A stretch of DNA of 64,000 nt from Isurus oxyrinchus (Eukaryota), in the NCBI GenBank assembly GCA_026770705.1, contig JANJGN010000003.1, positions 230,640,001 to 230,704,000 on the forward strand, given 5' to 3'. Position 1 is the stretch's first letter; each line of letters begins with the position of its first letter. A program made the position numbers and the translations under genes. Below the pieces are notes generated by a model, which was not told where the DNA came from, made no database searches, and saw nothing but the letters and a program-made list of their open reading frames with translations. Shown here in pieces: positions 11,514-25,330 of this stretch.

Positions 11514-13554
11514 TCCCCTCAGGATCTTATATGTTTCAATAAGATCACCTCTCATTCTTCTAAACTCCAAAGGGTGTGGGCCCAATCTGTTCAACCTTTC
11601 TCCATAGGATAAGCCCTTCATCCCAGGAATGATTTGAGTCAACCTTCTCTGAACTGCTTCTAGGCAATTATATCTTTTTTCCAAATAAGGAAACCAAAAC
11701 TTGGTACTCTAGATGGAAAACCTCCATACTTTTATATTCCATTCCCATTGCAATAAACAGTAACATTCCAGTTGCCTTCCTAATCACTTGATGTGCCTGC
11801 ATACTAACTTTTTGTGATGCATGTATCAGAACACCCAGGTCCTTCTGTACCACCAAGTTCTGCCAGCTCTCTCCATTTAAATAGTATGCTGCTTTTCTAT
11901 TCCTCTTGCCAAAGTGGACAAGTTCATATTTTCACACATCATACTCCATCAGCCAATTTTTTTCCCATTCATTTATCCTACCTATATCTCTTTGCAGTCT
12001 CCCTACCTCCTCTTAAGAACTTAGTTTCCTACCTATCTTGGTCTTGTTAGCAAATTTAGCTACCGTACATTTGGTCTCTTCATCCAAATCATTGATGTAG
12101 ATTTTAAATAGTTGAGGCCCCACCACTGTTCCCTTTGGCACTCCATTCGTTACAGCTTGCCAACCTGAAAAAGACCCATTTATTCCTACTTTCTGCTTCC
12201 TGTTAGCTAACCAAACCAAACCAACAAACGAATGTGTTGCCCCTATACCATGTTCTCTTATCTTATACAGTAAGCTTTGATGTGGCACCTTATCAAGTGC
12301 CTTTTGAAAATCCAAATACACCACATCTACAAGTTTCCCTTTATCCATCTTGCTTGTTACTTCCTCAAAAAATGTTAATAAATTAGTTAAACACGATTTT
12401 CCTTTCACAAAACCATGTTGACTCAGCCCAATCACATAATGATTTTCCAACCATCCTACCACAGCCTCCTTAATAATGGATTCCAGCAATTTCCCTATGA
12501 CTGCTGTTAGGTTAATTGGCCTACAGTTTCCTTGATTTCTGTCTCCACTCCCCCCCACTTCCTTGAATAAAGGTGTTACATTAGCTATTTGCCCATCCAC
12601 TAGGATCCTTTAAGAATCTAAGGGATTTTGGAAAATTATAATTAATGCATCTATAATCTCTGCAGCCACTTCTTTTAAGACCCTAGGGTGCAGACCATCT
12701 GGCCCTGGGGACTTGTCAGCCTTTAGGCCCAATAGTTTACCCAACACCTTTTCTCCAATGATGGTGATTGTTATAAGTTCCTCCTTCGCATTCACCGTTT
12801 GATTTTCAAGTATCTTTGGGAAGTTTTCGAAATCTTCTACAGTGAAGACAGATACGAAATACCTGTTCAATGCCTCAGCCATTTCCTTGCTTTCCATTAT
12901 CAATTCCCCAGAGTCACTCTCTAGAGGACCAACGCTGGTTCTAGTTACTCTTTTCCTATTTAAATACTTGTGGAAATTCTTACTATCTATGTTATATTAC
13001 TAGCTAACTTTCTCTCATACTCAACTTTCTCCCTCTTTTTTTTTTTAGTCATTTTTTGCAAGTTTTTAAAACCTGACCAATCTTCTGACCTACCACTGAT
13101 ATTTGCAGATTTGTACAGTGCTTCTTTCAATTTAATACAATCCTTAATTTCTTTATTCAGCCATAGATGATGCATCTTTCTCAAAGAGTTTTTCTTGCTG
13201 GGATAAATCTTTGCTGAGAGTTATTAAATATCTCCTTAAAAGTCTCCCACTGCATCTCTACTGTCCTACCTTTTAACTTAGTTTCCCGCTTCACTTTAGA
13301 TAGCTCTACTTTGATATCTTTATAATTGCCCTTATTCAGGTTTAAAACACTAATCTTAGACCCACGCTTCACCCTTTCAATCTGAACATGAAATTCTGTC
13401 ATGTTATGGTCATGTTATGTCACCCCAAAGGCTCCTTTACTGTGAGGTAATTGATTAAACCTGTCTCATTGCTCATTACCAGGTATCGAATAGCCTGCTC
13501 CCTGTACTAATGTCATCCTTAATTAACAGAGCCACCCCACCATCTTTTCCTCAC

Positions 13555-16500
13555 TAGTGAGATAGCTGATGCATTGGTTTTAATTTTCCAAAACTCCCTA
13601 GATTCGGTGAAGGTCCCATTAGATTGGAAGATAGCAAATGTAACTTCACTATTTCAAAAGGTAAGGAGACAGAAAGTGGGAAACTACAGGGCAGTTAGCT
13701 TAACATCTGTCAGAGGGAAAATGTTAGAAGCCATTATTAAAGAAGTTATAGCAGAGCACTTGGATAAGTTCAAGGTAATCAGGCAGAGTCAACATGGCTT
13801 TGTGAAAGGGAAATCATGTTTAACCAATTTATTGAGTTCTTTGAGGAAGTAACATGTGCTGTGGAGAAAGAGGAACTGGTGGATGTACTGTACTTAGATT
13901 TCCAGAAGGCATTTGATAAAGTGCCACAATAGAGGTTATTGCGTAAAATAAAAGCTCATGGTATAGGGGGTAACATATTGGCATGGATAGAAGATTGGCT
14001 GGCTAACAGGAAGCAGAGAGAAGGCATAAATGGGTCTTTTTTCAATTTGACAAGATGTAACGAGCGGTATGCCACAGGGATCAGTGCTGGGACCCTAACT
14101 GTTTACAATTTATATAAATGACTCGGATCAAGGGATAGTTGCCAAATTTGCTCATGACACAAAGATAGGTAGGGAAGTATAAAGTATAGGAAAGTATGTT
14201 GTGAAGAGGACGTAAGGAGGCTAGGAAATGATATAGATGGTTAAGTGAGTGGGCAAAGGCCTGGTAAATTGAGCATAATGTGGGAAAATGTGAAATTATC
14301 CATTTTGGCAGGAAGAATAAAAGAGAAACATGCTATCTAAATGGTGAGAGATTGCAGAGCTCTGAGATGCAGGGGATCTGGGTGTCTTAGTGCATGAATT
14401 GCAAAAGGCTAGTATGCAGGTACAGCAAGTAATTAGGAAAGCTAATAGAATGTTAACATTTATTGTGAGGGGAATCGAATACAAAAGTAGGGAGGTTATG
14501 CTTCAGTTATACAGAGCACTTGTGAAACCACATCTGGAGTACTGTGTACAGTATTGGTCACCTTATTTAAGGAAGGAATTAAATGCGTTTGAAGCAGTTC
14601 AGAAAAGGTTCAGAGATCACAGTGCAGAAGAGGCCCTTCAGCCCATCGAGCCTGCACCGACACGTGAGAAACACCTGACCTACCTACCTAATCTCATTTA
14701 CCAGCACTTGGCCCATAGCCTTGAATGTCAAGCCAAGTGCTCATCCAGATACTTTTTAAAGGATGTGAGGCAACCCGCCTCCACCACCCTCCCAGGCAGC
14801 GCATTCTAGACTGTCACCACCCTCTAGGTAAAAAAGTTTTTCCTCACATCCCCCCTAAATCTCTTGCCCCTCACCTTGAACTTATGCCCCCTTGTGACTG
14901 ACCCTTCAACTAAGGGGAACAGCTGTTCCCTATCCACCTTGTCCATGCCCCTCAATCTTGTACACCTCAAACAGGTCGCCCCTCAGTCTCCTCTGCTCCA
15001 ACGAAAACAATCCAAGTCTATCCAACCTCCCTTCATAACTTAAATGTTTCATCCCAGGCAACATCCTGATGAATCTCCTCTGCACCCACTCCAGTGCAAT
15101 CACATCCTTCCTATAATGTGGTGACCAGAAATGCACACAGTTCTCCAGCTGTGGCCTCATCAATGTTCTATACAACTCCAATATGACCTCCCTACATTTG
15201 TAATCTATGCCTCGATTGATAAAGGCAAGTGTCCCATATGCCTTTTTCACCACCCCACTAACATGCCCTTCTGCCTTTAGAGATCTATGGACACACGCGC
15301 CAAGGTCTCTTTGTTCCTCAGAACTCCCTAGTGTCATGCCGTTCATTAAATACTTCTTTGTCAAATTACTCCTTCCAAAGTGTATCACCTCACATTTTCA
15401 GGGTTAAATTCCATCTGCCACATATCTGCCTATTTGACCATCCCGTCTATATCTTCCTGTAGCCCAAGACACTGTTAACCACCCGGCCAATCTTTGTGTC
15501 ATCTGCAAACTTACTAATCCTAGCCCCCACAAAGTTACCTATGTTGTTTATATAAATGACAAATAATAGGGGACGGAGCACAGATCACTGTGGTACGCCA
15601 CTGGACACTGGCTTCCAATCACTAAAGGATCCTTCTGCCATCACCCTCTGTCTCCTCCAACTAAGCCAATTTTGACTCCACCTTATCAAATTACCCTGTA
15701 TCCCATGTGCATTTGCCTTCTTTATAAGTCTCCCATGTGGGACTTTGTCAAAGGCTTTGCTGAAATCCATATAAACTACATCAACTACACTACCCTCATC
15801 TACACACCTGGTCACCTCCTCAAAAAATTCAATCAAATTTGTTAGGCCTGACCCACTCTGACAAAGCCATGCTGACGATCCCTGATCAAGCCTTGCCTCT
15901 CCAAGTGGAGATAGATTCTTTCCTTCAGAATTTTCTCCAATAGTTTCCCTGCCACTGACGTGAGACTCACTAGTCTGTAGTTCCCTGGCTTATCTCTACA
16001 ACCCTTCTTAAATAGCAGAACCACATTAGCTGTTCTCCAGTTCTCTGGCACCTCCCCCGTGGACAGAGAGGAATTAAAAATTCGGGTCAGAGCCCCTGCG
16101 ATCTCCTCCCTTGCCTCCCTCAGCAGTCTGGGACACAAATCATCCAGACCTGGAGATTTGTCCGCTTTTAAGCCAGCCAACACCTCCAAAAACTTGTCAC
16201 TCCCTATATCAATTTGCTCAAAAACCTCGCAGTCTCTTTCCCCAGTTCGATACCTTCATCCTCATTCTCTTGGGTGAAGACAGACATGAAGTGTTCATTC
16301 AACACTCTACTGATGTCTTCTGGCTCCACCCATAGATTGCCCCTTTGGTCCCTAAAGGGCCCTAGTCTTTCCCAGGTTATCCTCTTCCCATTGATATACT
16401 TATAGAATATCTTGGGATTTTCCCTACTTTTACCAGCCAGAGCTTTCTCATATCCCCTCTTTGCTCTCCTAATTGCTTTCTTAAGCTCCACCTTACACTT

Positions 16501-19500
16501 TCTGTGCTCCACTAATGCCTCTGCTGATTTGCTCTCCTTCTGCCTGCTAAAAGCCTCTCTTTTCCTTCTCATCGTAACCTGAATATCTCTGGTCATCCAT
16601 GGTTCTCTGGGCTTGTTACTCCTTCCTATCACCCTAGAGGGAACATGTTGAGCCTGTACCCTCCCCATTTCCTTTTTGAACACCACCCCCCCCCGCAACA
16701 CTGCTCCTCTGTAGATTTCCCCACAAGTAGCTGTTCCCAGCCTGCCTTATTTTACTAAAATCCACTCTCCCCCAGTCCAAAAATTTTTTTGCAGCTTGTC
16801 GATTTCTTTGTCCATAACAAACTTAAATTGTACCATGTTGTGGTCACTATCACTAAAATGCTCCCCACCACTACCTCAGCCACCTGTCTGGCTTCATTCC
16901 CCAGAATTAGGTCCAGCAGTGCGCCGTCTCTTGTTGGACCCTCTACATATTGACCTAAAAAGTTCTCCTGTACACATTTCAAGAAATCCACTCCATCCAA
17001 GCCATTAACACAATGTCTATCCCAATTAATGTTGGGAAAGTTGAAATCACCTAATATAATTACCCTATTGTTATTGTTTTTACACACCTCCACAAATTGT
17101 GCACATATTTGGTCCTCAATTTCCCGCTGACTATCTGGGGGTCTATAATAAACACCTTTGCCCCTTTTTTATTCCTAAGCTCTACCCACAAAGCTTCATT
17201 CGATGCCCCCTCCATGATACCATCTCTCCTTACTGCAGTAACGGACTCCTTAACTAATAATGCAATGCCTCCTCTTCTTTTACTGTCTCCCCTCTCTCGC
17301 CTGAAGATTCTATATCCCGGAATGTTGAGCTGCCAATCCTGCCCTTCCCTCAACCACGTCTCAGTGATAGCTACTATATCACAATTCCACATGTGAATCC
17401 TCACCCTTAACTCATCCGTTTTACCTGTAATACTCCTGGCACTAAAGTGGAGACCATCCAGCCTTGCCTTACTCCCTTGAAGCTTATTGCAGCTGTACTC
17501 CCTCTGACTTGATTGTTTTACTGTATTATGATGTGTCCCTATTCTGCTAACATTCTGTGTCCCCTCCCCCTGACGAATTAGTTTAAACTCCTCCCAACAG
17601 CAGTAGCAAACCTGCCCACAAGGATGTTAGTCCCGCTCTGGTTCAGATGTAGACCGTCCCGCTTGTACAGGTCCCACCTTCCCCAGAAATGGTCCCAGTG
17701 ATCCAGGAATCTAATACCCTCCCTCTTGCACCAACTCTTAAGCCAGATATTCATCTGCGTTATTCTCCTATTTCTGTGCTCGCTAGCACATGGCACTGGT
17801 GGTAATCCAGAGATTACAACCCGAGAGGTCCTGCTTTTTAGTCTACTGCCTAACCCCCTGAATTCTTAATGCAAGACCTCATCCCTCTTTCTACCTATGT
17901 CATTGGTACCAACATGTACCATGACCTCTGCCTTATCACCTTCCCCCTTCAGGATGCCCTGCAGCCATTCAGTGGCCTCCCTGGCACCAGGGAGGGAACA
18001 TACCATCCTGGAGTCACGTTGAATGCCACAGTAGTGCCTATCTATTCCCCTGATTATAGAATCCCCTATTACTATAGCTCTTCCTCTCTTCCTCCCCTCC
18101 TGTACAGATAGGCTGCTTGTGGTGCCAAAAGCTTGGCTCTGTCTGCACTCCCTGGAGGAACCAGCACCCTCATCAGCCTCCAAAATGGAATACTGATTTG
18201 CGAGCAGGACCCCAGGGGACTCCTGAACTACCTGCTGGTTTCTGTTGGACTGCCTGGTGGTCACCTGTTCCCTTCCTTCCTCAAGTCCCTTCAGCTGCAG
18301 TGTGACCACCTCTCTAAATGTGCTATCCACGATGCTCTCAGACTCGCGGATGCTGCACAGTGTCCCCAGCCACCATTCCAGCTCTGAAACCTGTGCTTCC
18401 AGGAGCTGATCTGGACACACTTCCTGCACACATGCTGGTCCGGGCACTGGAAATGTCCCCAGCTTCCCACATGGAGCATGAGGAGCACACCACAGCTTTG
18501 AGTGCTCCTGCCATGACTTATCCCTTTAAATTAAACCTTTTAAGTCAATTACTCCAGGGCCTTCTTTTCCTGATCCTAATTACTGTAGAGTATACAAACT
18601 GTAAACCACAAAAAGATCTTAAACTTATAAGTGATTAAAGTAGTAAATACCTTACCCACTACTTACCAGTGATTCCTTTCCCTTGTAGCCTCTACTGCTG
18701 CAGCACGTTCTGAAGATTTAAGAAGTTGAAAAGCAAGGAAAAAATGCAAAGAGCACCTCGTCCCCTATGCTCCAAATTCATGCTTTGCACCAAATTCCAA
18801 ATACCCACTCAGGCTGTGCCCCACTCAGGATGTGCTCTCTCTCCTGTTCCTGTGTGAGCACACTGTAGCATGCTTCTAGATAGTCCCTTTCTTAAATAGA
18901 GCTGACCTGACTCCCCACTAGTTAAGCTTCAAATAGTAATTAACCTCTATTCAGGCCCTAATCAGGCTCCAGGTGATTGACGGTTAACTGTCGCACAGTC
19001 AGCTGAGTCAGCTACCTTACCAACCTAGACTACTGACCTTACAAAAATTAAAGAGAAGTTAAAGAGAAAGACTTACCAGTTCAATTCTCGCTTTGCACCA
19101 AATTCCGAATACCCACTCTGGCTGTGCCCCACTCAGGATGTGCTCACTCTCCTGCTCCTGTGCAAGCACACTGTAGGTTTACCAGACTAATACCTGGAAT
19201 GGGTGGGCTTGTATCCACTGGAGTTTAGAAAAGTAAGAGGTGACGTGATTGAGGATCCTGAGGAGTCTTGACAGAGTGGATGTAGAGAAGATGTTTCCTC
19301 TTGTGGATAATCTAGAACTGGGGGTCATTGTTTAAAAGTAAGGGGCCACCTATTTAAAACAGAGATGAGGTGAATTTTTTTTCTTTCAGAGGGTTGTGAG
19401 TGTTTGGAACTCTCTTCCTGAAAAGGTGGTAGGAGCAGAATCTTTGAATATTTTTAAGACACGGATGGATAAATTCTTGATTAGCAAGGGGATGATAGAT

Positions 19501-19620
19501 TATCAGGGATAGGCGGGATGCAGATTTGAGGTTACTATCAGATCAGCCATGAACTTATTAAATGGTTGACCAAGCTCAAGGGACCAAATGGTCTCCTGCT
19601 CCTTGTTCTTATGTTCGCAT
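13555..19620 (+). mobile_element. CR1 LINE 3' half (RT), split by the 14631-19174 insertion
   Basis: RT fragments VPLDWKIANV, QHGFVKGKSCLTNL, LVKPHLEYCVQYWSP at 13555-14630 continue at 19175-19620 into a typical CR1 tail. Confidence 0.85.
14631..19174 (-). mobile_element. Near full-length CR1 LINE (5' UTR, ORF1 zinc finger + SGNH esterase, ORF2 APE + RT), mutated
   Basis: ORF1 fragments CRKC, AIVIGDSIIRG, VHVGTND, DGLHLN. ORF2 fragments DIVAITETWL, IILGDFNFP, LDLIL, KSPGLD, VVYMDFSKAFDKVPH, GVPQ, RRLRGDL. aggtt is repeated at both junctions in the host CR1. Confidence 0.9.
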
Positions 19621-20149
19621 GTCAAATACCCTTCAATATCCTGGTCCAGCCTTGGTCACCCTGCAGCCATGTCTCAGTTGATGGCTATCAGGTCATACAT
19701 ATTTATTTCTATCTGTGCTAACAACCAGCCACTTTTAATAAGAATGCTGCATGCATTCAGGTACAGAGCCTTTAACTCTGCCTTTTTACCATTTTTGCAA
19801 TTTCTGGCCTTATCTGCCGGTGCACTCTTAAGTTTGTACTCTCTGTCACTTCCTGCCACACTCTGGATATCATTATCAAAATCACTACTCTGCTCTATTA
19901 CCTCATTGTTGCTCTTTGCTTTACTACATCTCCTCTCATGATCCCTTCTCCCACTATTTAGTATAAAGCCCTGTATCACTCTAGTTATAAGACTCACCAG
20001 AGCGTTGATCCCAGCACAGCTCAGGTGAAAACCTGTCCCAATGGTATAGCTTCCATTTTCCCCAGTACCGGTACCAGTGTCCCATGAAACGAAAGCCATC
20101 TGTATGTTAACTTCAACCACACCCTCTCCTCAGCTCCAGATTCCTTAGG

Positions 20150-20850
20150 ATCACCGGACCTTGATGTGCATGTCCACCGGTCCCTTAAGGTAGCAGGACA
20201 GGCCGATAAGGTGGTTAAGAAGGCATATGGGTTATTTGCCTTTATTAACTAAGGCATAGAATATAAGAGCAGGTAACTGTATAAAATGCTGGTTAGGCCA
20301 CTGCTAGAGTATTGCGTGCAGCTCTAGAATCCGCATTATAGGAAGGATGTGATTGCACTAGAGAGAGTGCAGAGGAGATTTACCAGGATGTTGCCTGGGC
20401 TGGAGAGTTTTAGTTATGAGGAGAGATTGGATAGACTGGGGTTATTTTCCTTGGAGCAGAGGAGATTGAGGGGGGACATGATTGAGGTGTATAAAATTAT
20501 GAAGGGCATAGACAGGGTAGACAGGAAGGAACTTTTCCCCTTGGTGGAGGGATCAATAACCAGGGGGCATATAGTTAAGGTAAGGGGAAGGAGGTTTAGA
20601 GGAGATGTGAGGAGGAATTTTTTCACCCAGAGGGTGGTGGGAACCTGGAACTCACTGCCTGAAAGGGTGGTAGAGGCAGAAGCCCTCATAACATTTAAGA
20701 AGTGCTTGGATGTGCACTTGCGATGCCATGGCATACAAGGCTATGGGTCTAGTGCTGGAAAAGGATCAGAATAGTTAGGTACTTGTTTGACCGGCACAGA
20801 CTCGATGGGCTGAAGGGCCTTTTTCTGTGCTGTAGACCTCTATGACTCAA
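20150..20850 (+). mobile_element. CR1 LINE 3' fragment
   Basis: ALERVQRRFTRMLPGL..RRLRGDMIEVYKIM..RRNFFTQRVV, followed by a (tatgactc)-type tail. Confidence 0.85.
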
Positions 20851-22574
20851 TGACTCTTGTCTGGCAAAATTCTCTGGATTTCAGATTCAAAATGATCAAT
20901 TGAGCTCCAGCATCCACTAGTTTCTGGGGGAGAGACTTCCACACCTCTACCCACCCTTTTGCATGAAGAAGTGTTTCCTGACATCTCTCCTGGAAGGCTT
21001 GGCTCTCATTTTAAGCTGACATCCCCTTGTTCTAGAGTCCCCCACCAGTGGAAAGGTTGCCTCTCTATTTACCCTATCAAATACTTCCAAACCTCTACAA
21101 TCCTCATCCTTATGAATGTGGCAACATGAACAGACTTTTGGCATCAAGTAAATCTAATCTTGCCAACACCCAAAATCCACACCACACTCCCCCACAAGGG
21201 TCCCTGGACAGCAATCAGGAGTTAGTAACCTCGGGCAGGACTACGCCCACCCTGATCGAAGGCACTGAGATTAATTCCTGAAATTGGTAGGGTTAGACCA
21301 GACCAGGAATCAAACTTACAAAAACTGTTCATCTCTAACAAAATCTTACTGCACAGAAGGGGGGCATTCGGCCCATCGTTCCTGGGCTGGGTCTTTGAAA
21401 GAGCTGCCTAGTTTCATTCCCGTCCCCTGCTTTCTCCCCACATCCTTGCAAGTTAATTCTGATGAAATAACCTGAACTTTAAACCTGAAACATTAACTCC
21501 GTTTCTCTCCCCACAGATGCTGCTTTACCTGCTGACTGTGTCCAACATTTCATTGGTTTTATTCCAAACTAGGGGTTTTTCTGTGATCTGTTTTGGTTTA
21601 TTCAGGGTGGAGAAATGTCGCTTGTAAACCGTCTATTGAAAATATTTGTTCTAAACAGTCTACTGCAATAGCTGGATCTTTGCACACGTTATTACACTTG
21701 CAAGCATTCAACCCCCAGAAACCCCTTCCCAAATTAGTTTCGCCACTAAAAGGGTCTTGTCTTAAAGGTCCCAAATATTTTGAGTGCTATTGTTAGCCCA
21801 GAGAGGATTTGATGGGGGCGTGACACCGAGTCATTCCAGCTGTGGAGTGCAGGCAGTGGGCTCTGGAATGTTCGAGAAAAGTATCCGCCTGTTTTTCCAA
21901 CAGCTGCATACCACTGGTTCTCAGCCAACTTGAGATGTGGCACCTCTTCTGTAACAGAAAGTGAGGAGCAAAGCAATAAAATGGATGTTCTGATTACTTC
22001 AGTCTGTTCTTACATGACTGTAATGCCCAGCCTCCGCAGGCCATAAAATTTCATTTCCTGTAAAGAAAAGAGTTCTGTTTAAGAATAAATCAATTGTTTG
22101 TGAGCAAATTTCACCTGCCGCCCCCCCACCCCCCACCTTGCAGAATCACCTTGATCGGTGTGATAGAATATCTTGTAACTATCTTTTATACCTTGTAACT
22201 GTGTGCCCTGTCCTGTCTGGGAAACAAGATTAGTCTGCAGTCATGTGGAATTATGTAACTAGACTCTTTGACACCCACATTTTAAAAGGTAAGTTTGACC
22301 GGGTAGTTCATGTCTCTCCGCACCCCACCCCAGCCCAACCAAGTTTTTTTTTAACTCCTGAGTTTGTTTCACTCTCTAATCCTCCCCCCCATCATTTTCT
22401 TCAGCTGGTCTGCAGAGGTCATAGCTTGACTGAAAGAATGGATCAAGCGCCCTCCACTTAGATTTCTGCCACTTCCCAAGTGTCACTTGGTGGGGCTGAC
22501 CCTCCAAGAGGGTTCTTTCCTTCCAAAAGGGAAGGCACGCACCTTCATCTTCCTGTTCCGCCAAAGTTGTGGTG

Positions 22575-25330
22575 AACCCATGGCTCAGTTGGTAGTGCTC
22601 TTGCCTCTGAATTCCAGATTCAAATTCCACTCCGGCACTTAAACACAAAACTCGAAGCTGGCACTCCTGTGTAGTGCTGAGGGGGTGCTGCATTGTCAGA
22701 AGTGTTGTCTTTCAGATGCGATGCTAAACCAAGGCCATGTGCGTTGGCTTTGGTGAATGTAAATGATCCTATGACACTACTTTGAAGAAGAGGGGAGTTC
22801 TCCTTAGTGTCCTGGCAAAGATTATCTCTCAATTAACAACACAAAAAAAAGTTTTAAAAATTCTTTCAGAGTATGTTGGCATCACTGACTAGGCCAGCAT
22901 TTATTGCCCATTCCTAATTACCCTTGAGAATATGGTGATAAGCTGCCTTCTTGAACCGCTATATGACTGTGATTGCGGGTTTGGAAGGTGCTGTCAAAGG
23001 AAACTTGGTGAGTTGCTGCAGTGTATCTTGTAGACGGTACACACTGCTGCCACTCTTGTGTCAATGGTGGAGGGAGTGAATTTTGAAGGTGGTGCATAGG
23101 GTGCCAATCAAGCAGGCTGCTTTGTCCTGGATAGTGTCAAGCTTCTTGAGTGTTGCTAGAGCTGCACTCATCCAGGCATGTGAAGAGTATTCCATCACAT
23201 TTTTGACTTGAGCCATGTCAATGGTGGACAGGCTTTGGGGAGTCAGGAGGTGATTTACTGTCTGCAGAATTTCCAGCCTCTGACCCTGCTCTTGGAGCCA
23301 CAGTATTTATATGGCTAGTCCAGTTCAGTTTCTTGTCAATGGTAACCACCAGGATGTTGATAGTGGGGGATTCAGCAATGGTAATGCTATTGATTGTCAA
23401 GAGGATATGGTTAGATTCTCTTGTTGGAGCTGGCACTTGTGTGGCACGAATGTTACTTGCCACTTATCAGCCCAAGCCTGATTATTGTCCAGGTCTTGCT
23501 GCCAATGGACACAGACCGCTTCAGTATCTGAGGAATTACAAATGAGACTGAACATTGTGCAATCATCAGTGAACATCTTCACTTCTGACCTTATGATGGA
23601 AGGAAGGTCATTGATGAAGCAGCTGAAGATGGTTGGGCCTAGGACACTACCCTGAGGAACTCCTGCAGTGAAGTCCCAGAGCTGAGATGATTGACCTCCA
23701 ACAACTACAACCATCTTCCTTTGTGCTAGGTATAACTCCAACCAGTGTTGACTTTTCCCCCAATTCCCATTGACTTCCGTTTTGCTAGGGCTCCTTAATG
23801 CCACACTCTGTGAAAGGCTGCCTTGATGTCAAGGACAATCACCTCACCTCTTGAGTTCAGCTCTTGTGTCCATATTTGGCTGTAATGAGGTCAGGAGCTG
23901 AGTGACCCTGGTGGAAGCCAAATTGAGCATCAGTGAGCAGGTTATTGCTAAGCAAGTACTGCTTCCATCAATTTACTGATGATCAAGAGTAGACTGATGG
24001 GACAGTAATTGGCCGTGTTGAATTTGTCCTGCTTTTTGTGTACAGGACATACTTGGGCTTCCACATTGCCAGGTAGATGCCAGTGTTGTAGCTGTGCTGA
24101 AACAGCTTTGCTCAGAGCATGGCAAGTTTTAGAGTACAAGTCTTCTGTACTATTGTTGGAATATTGTCAGGGCCCATAGCCTTTGCAGTGTCCAGTGCCT
24201 TCAGCCATTTCTTGATATCAAGTGAAGTGAATTGAATTGGCTAAAGACAGGCATCTGTGATACAGGGAACCTCTGGAGGAGGCCGAGATGATCATCCATT
24301 TGGCACTTCTGGCTGAAGATTGTAGCAAATGCTTCAGCCTTATCTTTTGCACTAATGTGCTGGGCTGCTCCATCATTGAGAATGGGGACACTTGTGGAGA
24401 CGCCTCCTCCTGTTAGTTGTTTTATTGTCCACCACCATTCATGGCTGGATGTAGCAGGACTGCAGATCTTAGATCTGATTTATCGCTTGCTGCTTCTGCT
24501 GTTTGGCATGCATGTAGTCCTGTGTTATAGCTTCATCAGGTTAACACCTCAATTTTAGGTATGCCTGGTGCTAGTCCTGGAATGCCCTCCTGCACTCTTC
24601 ATTGAACCAGGGTTGATCCTCAGCCTGCTGGTAATAGTAGAGCAGGGGGTATGCTGGGTCATGAGGTTATAGATTGTGGTTGTGTACAGTTCTGCAGCTG
24701 ATGGCCCACAGCACCTCATGGATGCCCAATTTTGAGTTGTTGGGTCTGTTCAGATCTATCCCATTTAGCACAATGGTAGTGCCACCCAGCACAATGTGAG
24801 GGGCACCTTTACTTTGAAGGTGGGACTCCATCTCCCCAAGAATTGTGCAGTGGTCATTACTACCAATACTGTCATGGACAGATGCATTTGCTACAGACAG
24901 ATTGGTGAGAATGAGGTCAAGTAGGTTTTTCCCTCTTCTTGGTTTTCTTGCCATCTTTTGCAGACCCAGTCCAGCAGCTATGCCCATTAGGACTCAGCCA
25001 GCTTGGTCAGTAATGACGCTACTGAGCCACTTTTGGTGATGGACATTGAAGGTCCCCCACCCCGAGTACATTCTGTGCCCTTGCCACCCTCAGTTCTTCT
25101 TCCAGTTGGTATTCAACACGGAGGAGTACTGATTCATCAGCTGAGGGAGAGGGGGCAAGATTATCTGGTCATTATCACATTGCTGTTTGTGGGAGCTTGC
25201 TGTGTGCAAATTGGCTGCCAACATTCCTACATTACAACAGTGACTACACATCAAAGGTACTTCATTGACTGTAAAGCATTTTGAGACATCTGGTGGCCAT
25301 GAAAAGCCCTAAATAAATGCAAGTGTCTCT
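22575..25330 (+). mobile_element. Deu-domain SINE (SacSINE1-like); head 22575-22850, tail 25160-25330
   Basis: tRNA-like head gctcagttggtag, Deu-like core gtgctgcattgtcagaagtgttgtctttcagatg, L2-like tail ..ataaatgcaagt. Family name assigned from recall. Confidence 0.6.
22855..25155 (-). mobile_element. CR1/L2-group LINE (second family), degraded ORF2, inserted in a Deu-domain SINE
   Basis: NLLDLILTN, ANYCPISLL, GVPQGSVLGPTIFSCFINDLP..MFTDDCT. Its 3' tail is shared with the SINE at 510-1587. Confidence 0.8.

Larger units (their letters stand above)
9770..20120 (-). mobile_element. Outer CR1 LINE (segments 9770-10106, 11514-13551, 19621-20120) hosting nested insertions
   Basis: Collinear ORF2 pieces on the minus strand: ALYLNACSI..YDLIAI (19674-19780), KSPGPDGLHPRVLKE, VVYLDFQKALDKVPH, RRMRGDLIETYKIL, then the 3' tail. 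Confidence 0.8.
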
